Shown: in pieces, positions 48,665 through 63,111 of the stretch
Position numbering within the stretch: the first letter of the stretch is position 1
Layout: each line of letters opens with the position of its first letter
Assembly (NCBI GenBank): GCA_051362555.1
Contig: CM120644.1
Span: 19,862,534 to 19,926,533, forward strand
DNA from: Lingula anatina
Taxonomy: Eukaryota; Animalia; Brachiopoda
Direction of reading: 5' to 3'
DNA length: 64,000 nt
The notes under the pieces: generated by a model
What the model was told of the DNA's origin: nothing
Database searches by the model: none
What the model saw: only the letters and a program-made list of their open reading frames with translations
Translations under genes and position numbers: made by a program

Positions 48665-51600
48665 TTAATGTTTTTGCCATTTTGATTTCAGCACACCCAA
48701 ATCACCTTCCAGGCATGGGGGGGGGGGGGGGGGGGGGGGAGGGGCATGATTGCACCGTATCATACAACAAAGACTAAAATTAAAATCGAGGCTTCTGTGC
48801 GGAAGGTGCTCAACTGTACATTATTATGTAACCCAGGTGAGCATTTTGGTGAGAGGCGTTCAGGAAGGACCGAGGTCAGTAGAAGATGGAGAAGAAAGCG
48901 GCCTTGTGTTACATTGCTACAGTTTCCACGAAATGGTCAGAAATCTGGGACTGAAATTGGCATCGATCTGTTGTAAGTACTGTATAGATGATGGAAGATA
49001 ACAATGGTTATTTGGCGTTGATGATATTTGCCCAAAAAAGGTGCAATTTGCAAATAAGGCATCATGGCGACATTTTTTTTCTTGGCGTCAACAATATATT
49101 TCCTTGAAAGTTCAAATTCAACTTGGCGTTTAAATAGGTTATTTTTTGTTAATATTTTCAGATGGAATGCATTTGCCAGAAAGCGGGCGGTGAGAGGTTT
49201 GCTCCAGTAGTGAACACATTTTGGCAGGTAATTACATTTGTAGGTCCTGATTTGATTTTAAAATATCCAAAATCCACATGAGTAAATCCCTACCCGCCAA
49301 TGTCGTGACTGTATTGTTCTTCTTTCTAAGATCTCATAAATTTTGTTTTACTACCCTCCTGTCATATGTTTATTTCTAAAATTTCACTTTATACGTAATG
49401 CGAGGGCCACTATCTTTTAGTAGCACCACTGACGTGTGATTCTAAAGACACAGAATGTTGTCACGTTACAGTGTGTACACGGTGTAAAAGAATAGAAATT
49501 ATATTGTTTGAAAGTGCATGATAACATAGAACGTGTCAGCTCAGTATATATACAGTATATTCCACTTATTTAAAAGTTGAAAAGTGGTTTGTTGAATATT
49601 ACTATAAGAATCGAAATCGGTTGCCGTAAAATTAAAACTTGCTTTATTTAATCAACCCTTAGACATTGATTTGTAAAGGTGGTTTTTGTTTAATTTCAGT
49701 GACTCAACCGTGCACGAGAAGATTGAATACGCTCTCCATCAATGACGTCAGACTCGTGTTCCACAGCGGCTGCATCCATGTCAAGATTACATGTCGCATG
49801 TCAGAGTTTGTCCGCTAGTAAATTTGCAGGGTTGAAACTTAATATAAAGTGTAATGTTTACTTTGGGTTGTGAATCGACTGTAGTTATTTTAAAACTATC
49901 ACAAAGTAGTGTTCAGGAAGAGTACTTTGCTACACGTACATGTAGTAGTGTTTTTTTTCCATGTAATGTAGGTGTGGCAACATAAACAACAATGCACATG
50001 TAGAATGACCGGTTTTCTTTTTGATTGTAACATATTTGTGAGGACAAATCTGCAATTTGGCGCTTCTCCGTGAACAATTATTTATTCAAAATTGAATTGT
50101 AGTATTTATTTTGGTGATGTTTAGTTTTGGAAAGAAAGAAAATATTCCAACCGTGTAAAATGCATTTATGGAAGTCTTTGGAAGTTATTGTTATATTGTT
50201 ATATTGTCAAGTCGTCAAGTTATATTGTCAAGTACGCGCCATATTTGATCCACGGACTAGATAGACGGTGGTTCAACTGGTTGTGAACTCGGTCTAATGC
50301 TTTAGAAAGCGTCTGGAAGTTGCAGTGTGCGTTCAGTTGTTCTTCGGAAGAAAAAAAAGCGAGATGTGCATCCCCCGAAAATCAATAATTCGCTGTAATT
50401 TAAATAATTATGTTTCAGAAATTGCAGCATTATCAAACTGGCAGAATGTGTCATAAGTATTGCAGAACTGTCCACACGTATTGAAACGATCTTTCTTAAG
50501 TTTGAATGTGCGATTTGACGCATGTCAAATAAACTTTGTGTTTCAATAAGGGGAGGGGTCAAAAGTCACCCTGGTTTTAGAAAAGAAACCAAGGAGTTGA
50601 AATTTCCCGAAATTAATATGCATTTGTTATTGCACAAGTGGTAGGTTACAAAGAAAAATCGTTGTGTTACAGAAAATATTTTATTTCAGAATATTTTCTA
50701 CATTAAGGGGTCTATATAGGACTGACATTCATCAAAAACTTTCACATTCTGAATTTTCGACAAATTCTTGACAAAGTCAAATCAATCATTTTAGCTGTCA
50801 CAAAGCCGATTTTTTAGAATAATGAGTACTCGATGAAGTTTTTAAGACTGTCAATTTCTGTCAATACTCCCAAAATAGAATGTGATGCAATTTAAAGCGA
50901 AATTTATAGCAAGGGATGAAAAACTAAAGAAACATTTTCGTAAATTTACTTAGATTTTGGCTAGCAGTTATTAAGCCTATTGTTTGAAAATTCTTTTTAA
51001 AATATCCAAAAGTGTTTAGATCAGCGCTCTGTTAAAGGTTGGCATTGTACTTAGTATTTTTGTAGTTTATTCTTTGGTAGAGATCAAAGGGTGATTAATG
51101 AAGAACTTCTTATATGTCAGTCCTGCATGTCCTGTATAATGCCGAATGTCGCTAGATCACTTAATACCGGAGACCAGTCTTAAGTTTATTAGCATTGTCT
51201 TAGTAAGTGTGGATTTCAAGTAAACTAATATTTCGTATTCTTTTCCGTTTTCTTTGAAATGGCTATGGTTGAAATAAGCTTGTAAGTTGGTCATGTCAAA
51301 TGACGTTTCTGATTCGCATGCTGTATAAAATTCAGTTTTCGCTCAAAGTTGTGCCATGAAGTACATATTTTAGGAATTAAGAAAATACGTTGATTTTGGA
51401 CATGACAATATTTATCGATGAACTAAACAACCAGGAATCTTACATAATTTGATTATATTTGAACACCAATTTTTGTTTTATGTGCGAGTATCAGCAAGAC
51501 GACATAGTGCTTGCATGTGGGTACATGTGTCGGGATAGGATGAGGTTATATGCATATTGAATTTTCTATATCGATCACACCAGTGAATTTAGACAGACGT

Positions 51601-52105
51601 TATTATTATTTTTTTGTAATCTTTTGGTTAATTTTCCAGTTTGCCTGTAAATTTTGACAAAAACCTATAAATTCTACCTTCTTGTTGGTATTATGTCTAT
51701 CATAGTATTCCTGAACTTCTTTATAAATTAAAGCTACGTCGGTCAAGTAAAAATTTTCCAATATGCATAGAATCTCGCCGTGTTGTACACTAGTTAGCTA
51801 CAGAACCATTTTTGTATGTAAAAGCTTAATTTACATGCCATGTAGTACGTTTTATGAAATTGCCATTAATGTAGAAGCAAAAGATATTCCAAGTTTTGTA
51901 ATATTTTTGAAAACAATGCTGTTACTTTTTGTATTAATTTATGCAATAATAAATGTGCTATATTGTTTTATGACCAAAACAGAAGTTATTTTTCTTAACT
52001 ACAGAACTATCGACTCCTTGCTATTCTGTGTTCGTAGCACTGTTTTGTAGTAGTTGAAATTATTTATTTTGGTTTATTTTTGCAAAAGGTAATTTGCTGG
52101 GACCC

Positions 52106-52179
52106 AGCACCGCCAGGAATCGAACCTGTAACCTTCTGTCTGAGAGGCAAGCGCGTTACCTACTCCTCTAACTGTTCCC
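52106..52179 (-). pseudogene. tRNA-like sequence, copy 2
   Basis: Identical by eye to 3687-3760. Confidence 0.7.
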
Positions 52180-55100
52180 ACCCACCCTCCCCAGGTAGAC
52201 TTTCTTCTTATAGTAACTAAAGGAAATTTTTTAAGTCCTTGGGGAAAATACTCAGTGGTATCCAAGTACGCGAGCAGGAAAGTGAACCCAACCCGTGGGT
52301 ACCAATGAACATGAAAATACTACAACGCACTGAATTATTTTGGTATTTCTTTATTAAGACCAACACAAAATTCCATTTCATATATGCATGCATATTGAAC
52401 TATCTTAAAACGTTGATTTGTGAGACTACATTTCTGAAAAATCTTAAGATTTGAAGTTGGAATATAAAGATATACACAAAGTTATTGATATCTGCATTAG
52501 AACTCACACAAAAATGTAACAAATTCAATCTATTTGATTTGACAAAATAAAATTATCAACTAAACTACCCGTGTTTGACCTCATTTATATTAAAGAGAAT
52601 ATTTCAGAATAAAACTTTTTCCTTTAAAAAACAACGCCGGATCTGGTATCCATCCCACCTTTAACATCAGAAAAATCAAGAAGGAAACCCACTCTGGACT
52701 AACATTATCAAGTACACATAGTGCTACAATTTACCTAGAATTTCACAACTTAACCACATTTAAATGTTCCAAATCCGATGTTGATTTTTTCTGTTTCTAT
52801 ATAACCATACGATATTATAAGAATTATTTCAATAACTAAATACCTACAATCATGAGCAATTCTACAACTCTCGTGACAAATGTTTTACCATTAACTGAGC
52901 ATAAATAGACCTTACATAGTTCACGCAGGAAATATTTTAGCCCCTGCTGGTCGGTCTAATAAAAGCAAGAGCCTTCTTTCAACGTTGAGCAGATTTTGGA
53001 AAATAGTATCAGTCCCTTCAACTTAACACATTATTTGTTTTGTATACAAAACTCTCTTCCGTTTCTAAGAAAGTCTCTCTAGTAATGATAATAGAAACTG
53101 GTAAACTTCACTAACGGCGGCAAAAAATTGAAATTTACAACACGAAAACGTGTTTATATCTATTGTAAACGGCATTGCGGCGTAATGGAGTACGGCATAT
53201 AACAACTAGACTTTCTTTAAATTCTATACATCGTAATTTTGTGAACGGTGTTGGATAAAACTGTGGTTTGGTGATAAAGGAAAATTGCTAAGTTTTTCAG
53301 TATTTTACATTCTAGCTTCAAGTCTAGCGCACACTATCTCCGTTGGAATTAAAATAAAATCCTATAAATTTGAAGAGAGTGAAATTTTTTTGTATGCTGA
53401 ACTCAAAGTACCAAAAAACAAGAAATTAAAAATTGACACTGTCAAAAATTATTATTCAATGTGATATGGTCAATTTGTCACAAATGTTAACTGGATAATG
53501 TAATACATTTTCTTAAAGATATTCAGCAGCTGCCTATTTTCCTATATATACCGGCTCCCCTATAGCAAAAAGAATCAGAAAAAAATTCTACACGTAAAAC
53601 GTTTACTGCTAAGACTACATCTATCAACGGAGTTCAGAATAGTTCACATGAAGTGTATTCTTCATTGTCATGGGATATGAAGAGCTGGCGAAAAGTGGAG
53701 GAAGCAAAATAGGGAAAATATTTCCAAGACCAGTTTTAAACATTCAGGCATTAAAAACAAATCGCTAATAAGTCATCATCAAATACCTAATATTAATATC
53801 TTACAACGTGGAACTAAATCGGTTGAAACTGATATATTCGTATACTTAGTATCTGGACCGCCTCGCATCCACTCCCTGGTCACTCAGAACTGATGAAGAC
53901 GTGACATCTCTTTCTGGAGTGTTGGTTACATATGATTCGGGGGGGTGGGGGGTGGGGTGGGGGGGGGGGGGGGAAGGCAGGATATTTTGGACACATTGTT
54001 TACTCAATATATCAACATTATGCGAACCTGACAATTTACTGCAATAAAAATGCATAGGATACATTTGTGTTTGATATATCTCAATATGCGTCATTGATTA
54101 AATTAATCTCATAGCCTAACACCCCCCACAATCAAACATTATTTACGTCGCAGCTATGATCAAATGCACGTTTTTATCTGAAGAGTGTTTGGTATGTGAC
54201 CAACCTGATCGTACTATAGCGCCATCTGCTGGAATCAGCAGACTAAAACTATATAAACTTTAAAATCATGTGATCATATCTGAACGTGCGATGTTGTAGT
54301 CTTCATTTACCTTCACAATGACAGATAAACTTGCGAATATATGTCTGTGTGTGTGTGTGTGTGCGTGCGTGCGTGCTTGGAACCTGGTCATGATAACGAA
54401 GGCGTTTGTTTATTAAATGATTCCAGATTTTTACAGTTTTGGCCAGTGGCAGGAAAGAAGGGTTGGTTAGCATTATCCCAGGAAAATCCATGCAATATTT
54501 TAACACGTCAACACAAACGCCGTGAAGATACGCTATGCCTATATTTTGCCGAAGCATTTCATTCAAATTGATTTTTTTTTTCATTTTGCATCATACAACC
54601 AGTTATCATAAGTTATTAACGCCCGTCTGTACTGTCATGCACAAGTTTTAACAGTTTTATTCTACCTCCCCAATATCCTCCTGTCATTTCATGCTATCAA
54701 CATCACATATACACGATTTCAACATGATATCATTTTATATAAAGAAAGAAATGAAATTCCATTCGTATCAAATATTTTTTCTTCGGGAATTGATATTTCA
54801 AAATGTTACGCCTCCGCCTGGCGTTTGGTAGAATACAGAAAAGGTGGTGATTATACAAGAAAGTTTGAAACAAGAGGAGGTGTGTTAATCTGTTAAACTG
54901 ATTGCATTCAGCAGAGTTGGATTGATCTACATAGAACGAAATGGAATGAAACCTTAGTTTCATTAAAATGTATCTTATTATTACTGTAGTGCTCTTAATA
55001 TTTATCTAGAACATATCAATAAATAAGAAATAATCATTATTATACAGGGTGATATTCTGGCGTCTGTTCTGTCTCAACATGATTGCGACGTCTTCCACAG

Positions 55101-55260
55101 AATTGATGAAAATGTGTTAGGTGTGACAAGTCGCTGACCGCTTTGTTTTAAGGTGACACGATGAGTGTCTTCTCTCGAGGTAGATTCTACTTTATTTTGA
55201 ATAAATTATGGAAATTTCATAGCAGTTAAATACCACATCCTCGCGATCTAACGTAAGACA

Positions 55261-55296
<36 letters not shown>

Positions 55297-55979
55297 CTCA
55301 GCAGAGCCACAGACAAAATGCGAAAAAAAGCATTGGAATATGAGTTATATATATCTAAACTTTTCTTATTCGCTGGAACATATTAATAAAAGTGATCTTT
55401 ACAGTACCTCTCGAGGGGAGGGAGGGGGCGTACACCGGGGCTCTCGTCAAGAAGCCCTTCTCAGCCTTCTAGCTGTTACAAAATTCTTCCGAAGGGCGGG
55501 TCGAGAAATGATTTATAATGAGATGAAAATTGTTATTTTTCTTTGGGGAAATTATTTTTGCTAGCTTCAAACATGAAATAATAGAAATTAAGATAGCTTA
55601 GGTGATCAAGATTGCCGCTATTTGAAATCTCTGATGTGAACATCACTTCCGGACAACCTTATATTACTACAGGCAATCTAATTTGCATATAAGAAAAAAA
55701 TGCATTTTTTTCTGTTTTAGAGTCATGTACAGTTTTTATTACTTTTGTAAACAACGATGTCTCTTTACCCTCACAAATTTCCGCTTATTTGATGGACACT
55801 TCCTGTTTATGAAATTATTTATATAAATTATAAACCTTCATATCACAGGCGTGAATCACGTTATTATGTCCAAGTCATTACATTGTTAAAATAGCGCCAA
55901 TAACTTCAGTGAAGAATGTAGGTCAATTGCCTGTACAATTCTCCTATAGCATTATTGATTTTTTCTGGAGTGGAACATT

Positions 55980-56170
55980 TTAGGGAGAGGCGGGCGAGAG
56001 AGAGGGGTACCCATTGAACTGCAAAATAAAAAGAGAGCGTGGAACTGTTATAATCAAAGTCTATTACAATCTTTGCAAAGAGTGTAAAAATAGCACACTT
56101 TTGCAGTTTCTCTGTGTAGCACTTTGTAGACAACTTGATAATTTTCTATGCCATCTGTCTCTCCCTAACG
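55980..56170 (+). ncRNA. Candidate long hairpin RNA, copy 2
   Basis: 15 consecutive pairs TTAGGGAGAGGCGGG (55980-55994)/TCTGTCTCTCCCTAA (56154-56168), about 28 of the first 36 positions paired with G:U, and apical TTACAATCTTT-GC-AAAGAGTGTAA. Confidence 0.55.
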
Positions 56171-56391
56171 ATTTGTTGACCACGTTAACTGTTCAACTCC
56201 CGGCAGAAGATGAACCAGCCAACGATAGTTTTGACACACAGGTGTAGGAGCTGCACCCTGAACTTAAGATCTTAATAGCAATTAACCCTTGCCGTTTCAA
56301 GTAACTGGTAAGGCCAAGGGTATGCCATAGTGCAGAGGTTTGTTCAAAGTTATCGCTGAAGCTCAGGGTAAGCAGCCGGAATAGGGCAAGA

Positions 56392-56427
<36 letters not shown>

Positions 56428-57028
56428 TTTAACCCTTTCACAACCAGGGGCCGAAAGCGTTCCCTCAGCACTTACCAGATAATATATTTAAGAATCATTC
56501 ACTATTATTATTATAATGCATTTTCAAACCTGAATTAGGCGTAAGAGGGGGAAAGGGGGGGTCAACTCTCTCACAATCAACTACGTAATATTTATGATAT
56601 TTATGTCCAAGTTCTACATGAAGACAGAGTGATCGCAGCACTATTTCCACCCTGGTCCGGCAACCCTTCACTTAGTGGTCGGTTGTTAACAAGTCAGGAA
56701 GACAGCACTAAGGACACTCAGGTAAACTGACCATTAGTGTTGGGGTCATCAGTTGACCACAATACGGGGGCCACTGTCAATGGGTTATATTTGCAGTTTT
56801 CATAGATATTGTATTAATACTAAGTTTATATATGGTATCAATAATTACCCGTGATCAGCCATAAAATTTCCGTCAACAGATTTCTGTAGCTAGAAAAGCA
56901 AGTGTTTGAGATTTGTGTGCAAATAGCAGATAAAAATCAGTAAGAAGACAGGAATGGGTTAGCCTCTTTTTTTAACCAAATTTTCCATGTTTTAACATTT
57001 TGATGTGTTAAGATAAAATGGTATGTGG

Positions 57029-57061
<33 letters not shown>

Positions 57062-57145
57062 GCTAGAAATTCATTTGTTGACTACAGCTCAGTATTCCTT
57101 ATGGTTAACTGATACAGAATGTTGCCAATGTTAGGTGGACTGTTG

Positions 57146-57375
57146 AGTTACATGTCAATACGTCCCCGCACCGATACTCCCCCGCACCGGTACATCCCCG
57201 CACCGATACTCCCCCACAATTACAGATATACTGAGGGGGAGTATCGGTGTAGGGATGTACCGGTGCGAGGTTGTATCGATGCACATAACACAAAAAATTA
57301 CTAAGGGGGATTATCGGTGCGGGGGAGTATCAGTGCAGGGGAGTAACGGTGCGGGGGGAGTATCGACATGACCCC
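57146..57375. mobile_element. Palindromic MITE (GGGGTCATG family) with 8-bp TSD
   Basis: TSD GACTGTTG (57138-57145, 57376-57383); empty site at ~10523 in the paralog. Confidence 0.85.
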
Positions 57376-58036
57376 GACTGTTGTGTTCAGTTGATAACTT
57401 AAAATATTGAAATTGTGCTGACAGAGAACAGCAATAAAACATTGAATTCTTTTAGACAAAGCATAAATATAGTATTACATTTACAGGTGTTTTTCTTTCT
57501 TTCTTTTTTTTTTTTTTTTTTTTGAGATTTTAAGCTTTTTCAACATCTCACTTCCCTAGCTGGTATTGAATGTTTCTTTAAAGCCTATAATATGTGTCGT
57601 GGTTTAATCAAATATCCATTGATATTTTCTTAAGTGAACAAAACGATGTTTCTTTTTTTATTGTTTATTCTGTTGCTAAGTCATTGGATATATAAAAAAA
57701 TAAAATAATCTAAATTGTTTTCATCTAGTAAACACATAAATTACATCAAAATGAAACACTTGTCTATTTCTCTTTCTGTTTTCAACAATAAAGGTAGGAG
57801 AGAGGGATTTTCTAGTGTAATATCATGTATTTGACTAAGTACAGTTCTTTTATTATAGATGATCTATCATAGATGATGTGTCTGATCATGGAAGATAATG
57901 GTTGGAACTTACACAGTATAAAAATGATAATTATTGATAAAAATTGAAGCAGTTACATTTGATTGTTTTTAAGATGTGCAAAAATAGCAAAGTTAAAAGG
58001 TGATAGTGTCTTTTCTGTTTCTGTCATCTGAACATA

Positions 58037-59287
58037 TCATTGAGAGCTGTGGAAAGGATTTTTTATAATTGTTGTGATGACACCTGGTGTGGTCCTTTTT
58101 ATGCCAGTAAGTATTTCATAGACATCATTGTCAGTAATTATGGCAATATTCTCTGTGGTAAAAGTGTCATCATCTTTATGATTGTATTCTGTTCTTTCTT
58201 CCTCATATATATGATGGGTTATGGCATTATTATTTGTCTGTTTATCTTCCATGTGACTTATTTCATCCGTGATCATGATGTGATTTTTTTCATGACGTTT
58301 GCAAGAATTTTTTCTTGTAAAAGTTTCCTCACAGAATCTACACTTGTAAGGTTTCTCTCTTGTGTGAATTCTTTCATGCTCTCTGCAAGTCTTTTTGTCT
58401 CTATAAGTTTTGTCACAGAATCTGCACTTGTAAGGTTTCTCTCCTGTGTGAATTCTTTCATGATAGATGATAGCTTTTTTGTCATTAAAAAGTTTATCAC
58501 AGAATCTACACTTGTAAGGTCTCTCTCCTGTGTGAATTATCTCATGCTCTGTGCAATGGCCTCTTTGCGTGAAAGTTTTGTCACATAATCTACACTTGTA
58601 AGGCCTCTCTCCTGTGTGAATTCTTTCATGGTATATGCAAGAAGTTTTGTCTTTATAAGTTTTGTCACAGAATCTACAATTGTAAGGTCTATCTCCTGTG
58701 TGAATTTTTTCATGATATACGCAAGAATTTTTATGTGTAAAAGTTACCTCACAGAATCTACACTTGTAAGATTTCTCTCCTGTGTGAATCCTTTCATGCC
58801 CACTGCAATTACTTTTGACTCTAAAAGTTTTATCACAGAATCTGCACTTGTAAGGTTTCTCTCCAGTATGAATTCTTTCATGCAAAGTGCAATTGCCTTT
58901 TTGAGTAAAAGTTTTGTCACAGAATCTACACTTGTAAGGTCTCTCTCCTGTGTGAATTCTTTCATGACGTATGCAAAAAGTTTTGTCTACATAAGTTTTG
59001 TCACAGAATCTACACTTGTATGGTTTGTCTCCGGTATGAATTCTTTCATGCACTGTGCAATGGCCTTTTTGAGTAAAAGTTTTGTCACAGAATCTACACT
59101 TGTAAGGTCTCTCTCCTTTGCACATTTTTACTGAATGTTGTAAGAACTTAATTGGTGGTATTAAAAGTCTTGTCACAGACTCTACACTTGTAAGGTTTCT
59201 CTCCAGTATAATTATTTTCTTAAATTTTATGAGATGATTAATTGCCAAAAGATTCTTGTCACAAGTTACTTTGAGTCCTGATTCCAA
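58037..59287 (-). CDS. Tandem C2H2 zinc-finger protein, copy 2 (10 intact fingers plus acidic tail)
   Basis: 416-aa open frame with ten C2H2 fingers and TGE[KR]P linkers. The 5' part carries two compensating frameshifts across a degenerate finger, so the true start and functionality are uncertain. Confidence 0.8.
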   Translation of the reverse strand: MESGLKVTCDKNLLAINHLIKFKKIIILERNLTSVESVTRLLIPPIKFLQHSVKMCKGERPYKCRFCDKTFTQKGHCTVHERIHTGDKPYKCRFCDKTYVDKTFCIRHERIHTGERPYKCRFCDKTFTQKGNCTLHERIHTGEKPYKCRFCDKTFRVKSNCSGHERIHTGEKSYKCRFCEVTFTHKNSCVYHEKIHTGDRPYNCRFCDKTYKDKTSCIYHERIHTGERPYKCRLCDKTFTQRGHCTEHEIIHTGERPYKCRFCDKLFNDKKAIIYHERIHTGEKPYKCRFCDKTYRDKKTCREHERIHTREKPYKCRFCEETFTRKNSCKRHEKNHIMITDEISHMEDKQTNNNAITHHIYEEERTEYNHKDDDTFTTENIAIITDNDVYEILTGIKRTTPGVITTIIKNPFHSSQ

Positions 59288-60247
59288 GGCTACTTTTCAC
59301 ATGATTTCCTATTTTTGGTTTGTCATTCCTTTTCCTGCCATTGTTACGTACACTACTGTCTTACATTTCACTGTGAGCCAGTCACTTGGATAAGGTGCTA
59401 AGACTTATCAAAGCTTGATATGTCCTTTCTAATACTGTAATTGTGTTCACAATTCAACTCTCAGAGCACCATAAGAATATCCATTTGGATTCTGTATGAA
59501 CTTGTTGTCAACATTACCAATGCACCTAGTTTTTGTACTGAGCAATGCATAAAGTTGTATTAGGAACCCCCTGTTTAAAATCTTGAATCCAGTCATTCTA
59601 TTGGACAATGTTAACTGCTGGTTACAGTGGACATATCTGATTGGTTAAAGTCATTTCTCTCCAATACTTCAGGTGCCATAATTTAAAGATGTTATCTGCA
59701 CAACCCACTGCATATAATTATCTGTTATTACTTCACTAAGCATTGTTAAACACGTACCATGACACCATCAAGCTCACATCTAGCTAGCTAAGACAAGAAG
59801 TGATTTTATCAGTTAGTTTGTATTTGTCACACATGCCAGGCTGGTTCTGTAGATGATGTGACAAGTACTTCAATTAATTCAATTTATGAAACCCTTTCAA
59901 AAGTGAGCTCTTTTTCTGAAAAATTGACCTTTTGCCATGCAATCATCGTGTACTTAGAAAAGAAATTTACTCAGAGGGAACATTTTCCCAGAAAAAAGAG
60001 ACCCCACACACCCCCTGGCTACTGGGCCTGTTCAGGTTAAAAAATTATTAAAAAATTTAGATCAGTTATAGTTTATTTAAAAAAAACCTATTAAAAAATT
60101 TACTCCACCAAGGCATGTTACTTTCAAAGAGGAGAAAGATTGAATTTTTTTGATGTGTGCAATATTTTTACTGTTTGGTGACTGCATTTTTGCCAGCTTT
60201 TCTGTTTCAAACATAATTTATCCCTAGTGTTAATTTTTGTCTCTCAG

Positions 60248-61230
60248 GGTAGTGTGCCAATAGGCCAGGAAAACACTTTTTGTTGATAGCAGCTGTAATA
60301 TCAGTGAGCCACCACACCATTAAGACAGAGATGGAAACACACCTACAAGGTACCCCAGATAGGTACATGTATATCGTACCCTGTATATGGTTACGTTCAT
60401 GTTTTAATCACAGGGAATAGTATCAGTGGTAAATGAACTGTTTTTTCTAGTTGATAACAACTTAAAATATTGAAAGCTTTCTAACATGAAAGTGTGTACG
60501 ATGATCAGAAAACCAACAGAGCTTGTGAAGAGTAAAAAACATTTACTTCTTTAGCCTGTTGTTAAGGTCTTGGACATAATAAGATTCCTTTTTATGTCCA
60601 AGTTAAGGTGAACACTTTTATTGCTTTTAGAACTTTTAAAACTCTTTTTGCTAATCTTGTTGAAATTTTGTTTGCTGTTTGGTGTCTGTATATTTGACAG
60701 TTTTGATGTTGAGTTTTTTTTTCCTTCAGAATTTTGGTACATTTCTTGTGGAAGTAGTGACCAAGGACCAGGAATTGTGGATGGTTGCTGAGGCTCTGAT
60801 GTGTTTGCAGACGATCATCTGGACCTGTTGTCATGGAGATCAGGGTAACAAACAAACTCCAGACCATATGGTACCACAGCTGACAGCTAAGGTAAAACTG
60901 TTTCTTGTGGTATAAATTAATTTATTTAATCATTAGCAATTCATTAGCAGTTGCATTATCTGCATAGTGGACAATACGAAAAAGTGTCATTTTTTCTTAC
61001 TAAAATGATTCCTGCAGTTGGGTATTTAATATATTCTTTTACAGTGTAACAATATCTTTATTTAAAGACATTTTGATCAATTTAAGTGATGGATATCGTC
61101 TGAAGACATATTGTGACATTTTTCCAGATTAATTAACAGAAGAGAAGCCTATAGGAGACCACCTTCCTATCAGCATGACAGCAAGGACAAATCTGGTGCA
61201 CTTCATCAAATGCAAATCTTGACCAGTAGA
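60248..61230 (+). pseudogene. HEATR3: HEATR3-like C-terminal exon remnants
   Basis: Exon 60730-60891 reads NFGTFLVEVVTKDQELWMVAEAL/DVFADDHLD (frameshifted); the exon from 61128 reads ..GDHLPISMTARTNLVHFIK with stops. These resemble the HEATR3 C-terminus (FLLEVxxKD..EALDALFDVFAD; NLxRFI). Confidence 0.7.
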
Positions 61231-62221
61231 ACTAAGACATGTTTTTATTCTCAAAGTGACTTTCAACTCAGCAGTAATTTGGATCAAAGAAATAATTTAG
61301 AGTGTAGCACTTCAAGTTTCATAATTTTCTGTTGTCAAGTCAGTTTTATATCAGACAACACTGATATTTAGTATTATGTTTTTTCATTCTTTATTCCACA
61401 ACTTTTATGATAGTTCCATTGAAAGATTCATATGTTATATCAAGCAATATTAATATTTGGCAATAAGATTATTTAATTTTTCCCCACAACTTTATAGTAG
61501 TCCCATTGGATGATTTATGAGTCATCGCAAGAGACTGGTGTAGTAAGTAAAACTTATTTTGGTTTACAGCTTTTTTTCAAAATTAAATATCAAAATGTGT
61601 GGGGCTGTATTGTCTGTTTAAACTTTGACCCATTAACTGAGACAACCAAGTGATTAAAATTCTTTTCAGTTTGCTCACAAGCAATTGAATGATTTTTTAA
61701 AATAAATTGTTTTTGTGAGGTTTAAGTCGTTGAATCATTGTCTCAATTAAGAAAAGAAAGAAAAACAAAACAAATTTGATTACACAAAATTTATACTTTA
61801 TTGTAAAATTAAGAGAATGTCATTTGAAGTTTTTAACTGGCTGCTTCAGAGGCAATAGTAGTTCAGCAATGATGACCCTGAAAAATAAGAAGATGAAAAT
61901 ATTAAAACATAATGTATTAGCTGTAAAAAGATGTTGACAGTAACTCTATAACCAGCAGCTCGCGGCTGCTGTCATATAATTACTGTACAGGTTTTATCAG
62001 CTGTTTGACATAATGTGCCTCTTAAAAACTGAAAGTTCACTTACTTATGATGCCATCAAAACAAGGAAACAAACAAAAGAACTTCCTTGTGACTGTATAA
62101 TGAATCTGTTCTTTTTTGAAATGCTGTCAAGTTTTCCTCATTTCTAAAGTATCCAGAGTGATTACATTTATTTAACAACAATGCAAAAAACAATAATAAT
62201 AATAATAATAATAATAACCAT

Positions 62222-63077
62222 TTATGTTTTTGATCTTCGTCTGAAGCAAGACATGATAAGATTTAGGAACCTTCTCCACCGAGATGGTTGACTGTTCTTG
62301 GAAGCTGAAATATATGACACAATATTACTTACTAATATCATCATTCCTCTTCATCCTATGTGGGACATAAGGCCACACTTACTAATATGCAATAATATAT
62401 AACCTTCAATAAGCAGTCATTGCACCATATTATTTTACGCTTGCAACTGTACTGAAAAAATTTACAATTAATAATCTCATAATTATTAAGAATAAACAAA
62501 TTGGACAAGTAAAACTTGAATAAAGGCCATACTGTGTTTACTCATCAATGTGCAGCTGTAAGTGTGTGTGTGCATGCTTGATATCTTACCTCACTCCTTC
62601 ACATCCTCTGTCGAAGTTGTTGTGTCTTTGATATTAACTGAAGAAAGACAGGAAAACAAATTAAACGTCCCATACATGTGCACAACAAGGATACAATGCA
62701 TTATTTAACATAGTCAAAGAAAAGATTAAGATAACTGAACAATGAATTTTTACTCAGTGTTTGTGCGTAAGAGTCTCCACCCTAAAGTCCATCTGTGTGT
62801 GTTAACATTTTTTAAGTGTCTTAAATGAATTCCTGTTAAATTGCCCTTACTGTCTTACCTTTTTCTTTGATGCCCTCAGCATCTGACACACTCTTTGTGT
62901 CTTTTATATCAGCTGAAAAAAAAATGACATCAAATAAAATTTTAACATTCTATATTGTGCATGTTCAAATAGGATTCGGCATTACAATTTGTTGAGAACA
63001 TTCAAAAATTTAATTGACTTTAAAAATTATGCTAAAGATCAGACTTTGTTTAAGCGAGATGATTGTGGTGTGTATAA

Positions 63078-63111
<34 letters not shown>

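Larger units (their letters stand above)
49978..60135 (+). repeat. Segmental duplication block A, copy 2
   Basis: Colinear with 1-13690. Confidence 0.97.
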
